A stretch of 63,129 nt of DNA, the filler included, from Lenisia limosa (lineage: Eukaryota > Protista > Breviatea): assembly GCA_001655205.1 (NCBI GenBank). It is 9 parts of 9 records of this genome, joined end to end, with 100 filler letters (N's around TTAATTAATTAA, not from the genome) between each part and the next. Parts side by side here need not be neighbours in the genome. Positions count along the whole stretch, not along the records: positions 54,806 to 63,129 come from LPNZ01008283.1; 8 more parts are not named here. The stretch is one strand, 5' to 3'. Below the pieces are notes generated by a model, which ran no database searches, was not told the origin of the DNA, and was given only the letters and a program-made list of their open reading frames with translations. Of the stretch, positions 57,877-63,129 are shown in pieces (positions within the stretch are counted from its first letter, which is position 1; each line of letters starts with the position of its first letter). The position numbers and the translations under genes are program-made.

Positions 57877-60800
57877 TAGTACAACTGAGACCATGTCGGA
57901 TGTGAATATGATCTCGGGTTTATGTAGTTTTGACAAGTCATGCAAATTGAATGTATATTAGTAACTCCTTCAGTGGTATTTGGTGAACAAATAACAAAGT
58001 ATTAGAATCCCATAAATTCTTCAGTTTTACCCATAATAATTACAATTACAAAGAATCTCCTTGTAATGGGAATTCATTTTTTCATAAGAATCCCAGGTCA
58101 AAGCGCCTTGTGAACCATGGATGGCTTCTGCCTCACACAGCCTTGATTTAATAACCATTTCTCGGTATCAAGGGACAGTGTTTCCTTTATGATATACTCT
58201 CTATACATGTACATATAGCTAATATTGCATGATATAGTCAGAGCATGATATCATAGGACAGCTAGTATGACACCATATTATATAAATAGCTATGATGTTT
58301 CTCTTCGGTGTAAAATAAAAGACTGAAATGATAAGATATGAATATGTAAACAAATTATTTTGGAATTGCGGTATCACGGGCAACAGCCATCCAACTGTAC
58401 TGGGTCTATATAGTCAATAGGGCCTTTTAATGTCAATTTACAAAAAAAAAAAAAAAAAANNNNNNNNNNNNNNNNNNNNNNNNNNNNNNNNNNNNNNNNN
58501 NNNNNNNNNNNNNNNNNNNNNNNNNNNNNNNNNNNNNNNNNNNNNNNNNNCTTCTTACATTTCTGTCACCATAGACCGCTGAACCATGGAAACCCGAAAA
58601 GGTGAAGCCAGTTGTGGTCACTTCCAGGATAACTAAAAATATATCAAAATGTTGAAATAGAGGCGTTCACTGCTGGTGACTGTAGCTTAAAATAATATAG
58701 TTTGAACAACTCAAAGGGGGTATGAGACATCATGACGATACTCAAAAATGTCATCAGAGATAATGAACCAATATTGATCTTGACATTAAAAATAACTAGA
58801 GGACATAATCCAAAGGGGCTACTAATACTATGATCAAAACACTCATTTCAGACCACTAACATAGTCAGGAAGATGTAGAGATAATAAATACACAAGGAGC
58901 ATGACGGTGCATCGACTTGGAATTCCCAAATTTAATAAAACTGGGATTCCTTGCCCACCTGAGGCTGTGTTTCCCGAGCCATTATCTTCAACACAGGTGA
59001 GAACAACCGTTGGTACAGTGTCAAATGGGGTAGGAAATGTCACGCTCTTAACGTCCTACAAATTTAGCAAACAAGACAAGCGTGGATGTTAGTATCATCA
59101 TTATGTGATCGAGATGCTGAGGATACTGGAAAAAAGTATGCTGCTGTATTTTGTTGTTATCAAAATGATAGTTGCACAATTCTGATGATTTGAAACTGAA
59201 TGAGACTACACTACTTGCTAATGCCGTTTAACATGTCCCTTATTGCAAAAGGAGGGCTTGTTATTATAGATTTAAAACTAGATAGATTGCACCCTGTGAA
59301 AAATCCGAACAGACGTTGGACTGGTTTGGAGAAAATCCGATCTGCAGATCAGAGGTACTGATTAGACTTGCCCAATTGTCGTCGAAAACAGCGAATAGGT
59401 AGTTTGAAGGTAAATTGCTGTACACGTAAGGGAATGAGTAATCTTTGGTTCGATAAAAGAATAAATTTGTCGATAAATCCTCGAAAGATATCGATACTGT
59501 ACCGTTTTTTTCGAACCGAAGTGAAACCTTAGACGGAGGGTTATAGTTTAAGTGTTATTTGGGATTATTTGGGAACTGCCCCGCTCACACGCTGGCAAGG
59601 GCAGAGCCGACCCAAAAGCTTGGTACTTCCGAGACAGTGGGATGGGTTTGGAGTCTCATGTAGCCTCCTTTGGTGGGGGAGCACTCCTGTTGCTGCGGGG
59701 TAATAATGGGCTTCACTTCAGTTCAAAAAAGACTGATATTATCACAAGCACACTATTCCTTAAAATAATGAAAAATATGGTCCAGAGTAGAGAGGCTTTT
59801 GAAAAAAGGGTTAGGCATATTTTACTCACTTGTAAGGTTGTTGCGATACTCAGATTAGAATTACGATTCTGGTGAGTGTATAGCAAAGCAATGATGTCTT
59901 GGTCTATTCGACCATTAGGAAGCCCTCATTCACCATATAGAAGGGAAACAGGTCATGGTCATTGTCACAAAGCTCACCAGAACACTTCCAAAAATCAGGG
60001 GGGCTGCGGAATAAGAGTGGCGGTAGATCTTGCTATTTGGAAGCATCTACGGGTGTCAACGCTTTAGATCGAAAGCAAATGTCATGTAATATTATTCCAA
60101 TTGCTACATATACTTTTGTTTTTGACTGTAATAGCCCCCCCTTCAATGATCTACTCCCAAAATGCGCTGTAACAGGGGCGGTGTCACACCTCAAATCTAT
60201 AGTAGTCCCTGTGTTCGAGTTCAAAGACAACAAGGTGGACTTTGGAGGCTGTCGTTTCCTACAAAAATTCAGGGCTTCACTTCGGTCCAAATTTTTACTT
60301 TGTACTTTGTAATTATTTCAGCCATCATGATATAGTAAAAAAGAGGTCAAACTAAAAGCACCGTCTCCTCCTCGTACCACAGCATCAGGGCTTGTGGATG
60401 TCATCACAGTTATAGAGTCAGGGGTCTCTTCACAGACAAAAGCCAGTCTGAAAGAGTCAATTATCTGATAAATGAATCAAATACAAAGCGAACGGAATAT
60501 AAAATGGCATGATGTTCCTTCACGGACGAGGCGGGCTTCACATTGGTTCAAAAGTACACCGAATTTCTCCAGAAATTACAGATAAATGCAGATATTGTCT
60601 TGTTCTTTTACAATCCCCAGCCAAATCCCCCCTAACCCAATCAACATAACTACCCTGGAAGCAACCCTCAACCAAATCAGCCGTACAACCCTCAAGACTC
60701 TCAACCAAATCAGCCGTACAACTCTCAAGACTCTCAACCAAATCAGCCGTACAACCCTCAGCCTAATATGTACAACCCCACTCACAACGGGGTTGCGTGC

Positions 60801-62302
60801 TCGGCTGAAACAAAATAGTAGCGATTAATGGTGGAAGACGGGAATGGGAAAGTGACGACTGTCCGGGGTGCCGTGGGAGTCTGATGGGTGATTAGTCGGG
60901 CTTCACTTCGGTCAAAAAGACTGAATTTATCGATAAATTCCCGGAAACTATCAGTATTACGGTCCACAATGAAGCCCTTGTGATTATTTATGTGATGTGA
61001 CAACAGAGATCAGGGAGGAGTCACAAGCAAGGTCCAGCTTACAATTGTATAGCGCTTAATAACAGACTGGGGGTTCAGGAGGTTTTCGATCTTGAATATG
61101 GTAAGGAAAGGGTCGGCGAAAGGGAGAACATACGTACATAGCTATATGATATACTATCCTACATACATATCCCATGATATACATATATTATGATATTCTA
61201 TAATACATTGTCTTCTTTTTCTAATATTGTATAAAATAGCATTTCTCAAAATCAGTGTGATCAATAAAACAAATTGGGAAAAAAGAAGTTACCCCCCCCC
61301 CACATCAATTGGTTTGCCCTTGTACATAAGAGTGGAAACTGCACAAATAAGTACGAACAAAGGAAACTGGGAGAGGTCCATGTAATATCATATGCGTCCG
61401 TTCAAAATTGCGGGTTTTCAATAATTCAATTAGTACTTGAGAAAACCAGAATTACCGAAAAACCGGAATTTTGAACGGCCGCATATACAGTATAAAATAT
61501 TATGATATCCGATATCATATATATACTATATGATATAATTGTACATAATGTTGGTATTAAATGGAAAACTGTTGAGTATGGATAAAGATACAACAAGAGC
61601 AAAAGCTGTCAATAAAATGTAAGAGTAGGACTTCACTTTGGTTCAAAAAAAAGATGAATTTCGAAAACAATCGATATTTTACTGGTCTTTTTCGGAACGA
61701 AGAGAAGCCAGCCAAAAGACAATATATTTATATGCCCTGCCCACCATCCAAGGTTGTCGCGTTGACAACATCGGAAGCAATGTCGGAAGCAGCAATTGTA
61801 CCCGAGGTCAGAGATGAGGCCCCCAGAGAGCCCACCTGCAGGTCGCCAATCACACTAAAGCGTCATTTCAAATGCTCACCTCAGCTTCGAAAAGTGGAAT
61901 GTGCAGTGTGCTAATGTACATTCCCAAGAAGCAAGATATGATGTGTATTNNNNNNNNNNNNNNNNNNNNNNNNNNNNNNNNNNNNNNNNNNNNNNNNNNN
62001 NNNNNNNNNAAGAGAACAAAGTTGACACACGAACTAAGTTCAGGCCACAATATTTCATCCAAACACCACAACAAAACGTGTCAAGCCTCAACGTGGCATA
62101 CGTTTTGTCTCCGGGTCCAAGCCTAAAGCGGGTCAATGCGAATGGGATGATGGGAGAAATGGCAGAGCAATAAGATTGGTGATGTTTCTCAGATTGCATC
62201 AAAACGAACTACGTTGAATTAAGCGTCCCAATCCTACGTAACGAAGCATGTCACTGTCATGAGAAGTGACAGCAGGCTAATCGCCAAAGCGAAGGAGCGC
62301 AT
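57877..62302 (-). CDS. Secreted multi-exon protein with signal peptide and C-terminal H-type lectin-like domain
   Basis: ATG at 62302: MRSFALAISLLSLLMTVTCFVT; later exons VGSLGASSLTSGTIAASDIAS, TFPTPFDTVPTVVLTC, LEVTTTGFTFSGF (F..PF...P.V and VTTTGFT are typical of H-type lectin folds). 3' end approximate; could be two genes. Confidence 0.55.
59443..59530. mobile_element. MITE family D copy
   Basis: ctttggttcgataaaagaataaatttgtcgataaatcctcgaaagatatcgat...tttttcgaaccgaagtgaaacc. Confidence 0.75.
60666..60760. repeat. 33-bp tandem repeat (accctcaagactctcaaccaaatcagccgtaca), about 3 units, in a minus-strand intron
   Basis: Visible tandem units; a minus-strand donor gtgagtgggg lies at ~60787. 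Confidence 0.85.
60898..60977. mobile_element. MITE family D copy
   Basis: gggcttcacttcggtcaaaaagactgaatttatcgataaattc...caatgaagccc; partial copies also near 53760, 59708, 60273, 60533 and 61627. Confidence 0.75.
61393..61483. mobile_element. TA-flanked MITE (91 bp, separate family)
   Basis: TA-tgcgtccgttcaaaatt ... aattttgaacggccgca-TA inverted termini. Confidence 0.75.
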
Positions 62303-62750
62303 GGTGAAGTGATTAGGCGGACAAGTGGGAAATGTACTTCCTTGATTCCTTTGCTCCTTATTATTTATTTTATATTAAAATTTATTATTTGGTGGGGAAA
62401 GAGTTACTGTGAGAGTAAGAGTTAAAGCGTTAGGGACACTAAAATTTTCCGCCGGCGTCCTGGGAAAACGACCGCGGATAGGGAAACATGTTTCTGGGGT
62501 ATTAGTATACAATGCTATGAACGGAAAAAGACTCAGAAACTCAGAGAAGCTCAGGCTCAGGACAAGCTCCCAGGAGAACTAGCAAGTTATTTCTTTATCG
62601 TAGCATCGTAGCCGTCACCCTAAACATCAGAGCGCCACCGCCAGGCGAGGAAGCAAATCGAATTAAACCTTGTTACCCCGAAACCACCTAAGCCTCTCTG
62701 AGGCAACTTCAGGGTGCTCTTAGGTCCTATTTATTGCTTTATTAATAAAA

Positions 62751-63071
62751 ATGGATGACCCAATGACGATCAACCCTCAGGCTGCCCAGGAGCATATCTT
62801 CAAGGTATGTTTGAAAGTCGTCAAATATCAAATGGTCATTCCAAGATTGTAATAGCAGACGCGCTTCTCCTGATTATTGTGTAATTACACAGTCAATATT
62901 ATTCGTTTCCTGAAGTTTGTCACTTTCTCTTTCATCTTTCATTATCAAATAGTAATAATTGCGTGCAGTTCAAGTTCCTTTACCCCCCCAGTTTCTTTTT
63001 CTGGGCAACATGTTTACTGGCAAAACATCTATCATCCGAAGGACAGCCGAGGGAATTTTCGACCATGTTTA
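62751..63071 (+). CDS. Rab32/38-like small GTPase, first two exons (3' partial)
   Basis: MDDPMTINPQAAQEHIFK-FLFLGNMFTGKTSIIRRTAEGIFDHVY; P-loop GxxxxGKT and EH.FK...GKTSII.R resemble Rab32/38. Confidence 0.7.
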
Positions 63072-63129
63072 GTATGTATTTGTCATATTTGGGGGTGGTG
63101 AGGCTGCTATTGTGTCATGTGTCATGGTA

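Noticed and set aside
60627-60640. Alternative genetic code (TAA/TAG = Gln), suggested by the in-frame TAA in the QPN-rich frame
   Set aside because: Conserved exons of NOG2, ValRS, CLN3 and importin contain no in-frame TAR, the poly-Q exon at ~13210-13310 uses only CAA/CAG, and TAA/TAG end CLN3, ValRS, importin and SPAG16 at plausible positions.
8330-62202. Long ORF-track entries spanning X runs, and antisense ORFs such as 580-855 and 48104-48598
   Set aside because: They are produced by N gaps or are shadows of low-complexity coding sequence on the other strand.
1-63129. Prokaryotic, phage or organellar origin; rRNA or tRNA genes
   Set aside because: Dense spliceosomal introns and eukaryote-specific genes throughout; no rRNA or tRNA signature recognised by eye, and tRNAscan/barrnap could not be run.

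Overview
Draft genomic DNA from an intron-rich, flagellated microbial eukaryote (lineage not determinable from this window). It is not one locus: eight artificial 100-bp spacers (44 N + TTAATTAATTAA + 44 N) join nine independent scaffolds, so gene order across spacers is meaningless. The other N-runs are scaffold gaps, many next to G/C homopolymers at intron ends. Exons were assembled by eye across GT-AG introns, so all CDS coordinates are gene spans and many are partial. Recognisable genes: CLN3/BTN1, valyl-tRNA synthetase, NOG2/GNL2, importin-7/8-like, CAMKMT-like, TOGARAM-like, SPAG16/PF20, CFAP65, an RBP45/NAM8/TRNAU1AP-type RRM protein, an ependymin-related protein, a Rab32/38-like GTPase, a TMEM144-like transporter, a Sec12-like WD40 protein and several orphans. 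Introns carry a Tc1/mariner element and at least four MITE families. The most unusual signal is intron architecture. (i) Shared ~40-135 nt sequence modules, in sense orientation in every copy with a confidently modelled host, form the branch point and 3' splice site of introns in unrelated genes and stack head-to-tail. (ii) Acceptor-plus-exon-start junctions are repeatedly tandem-duplicated into decoy arrays. (iii) Introns often start with G-runs and end with C-runs. (iv) One ValRS intron appears to be AT-AG. No rRNA, tRNA or CRISPR array was recognised.
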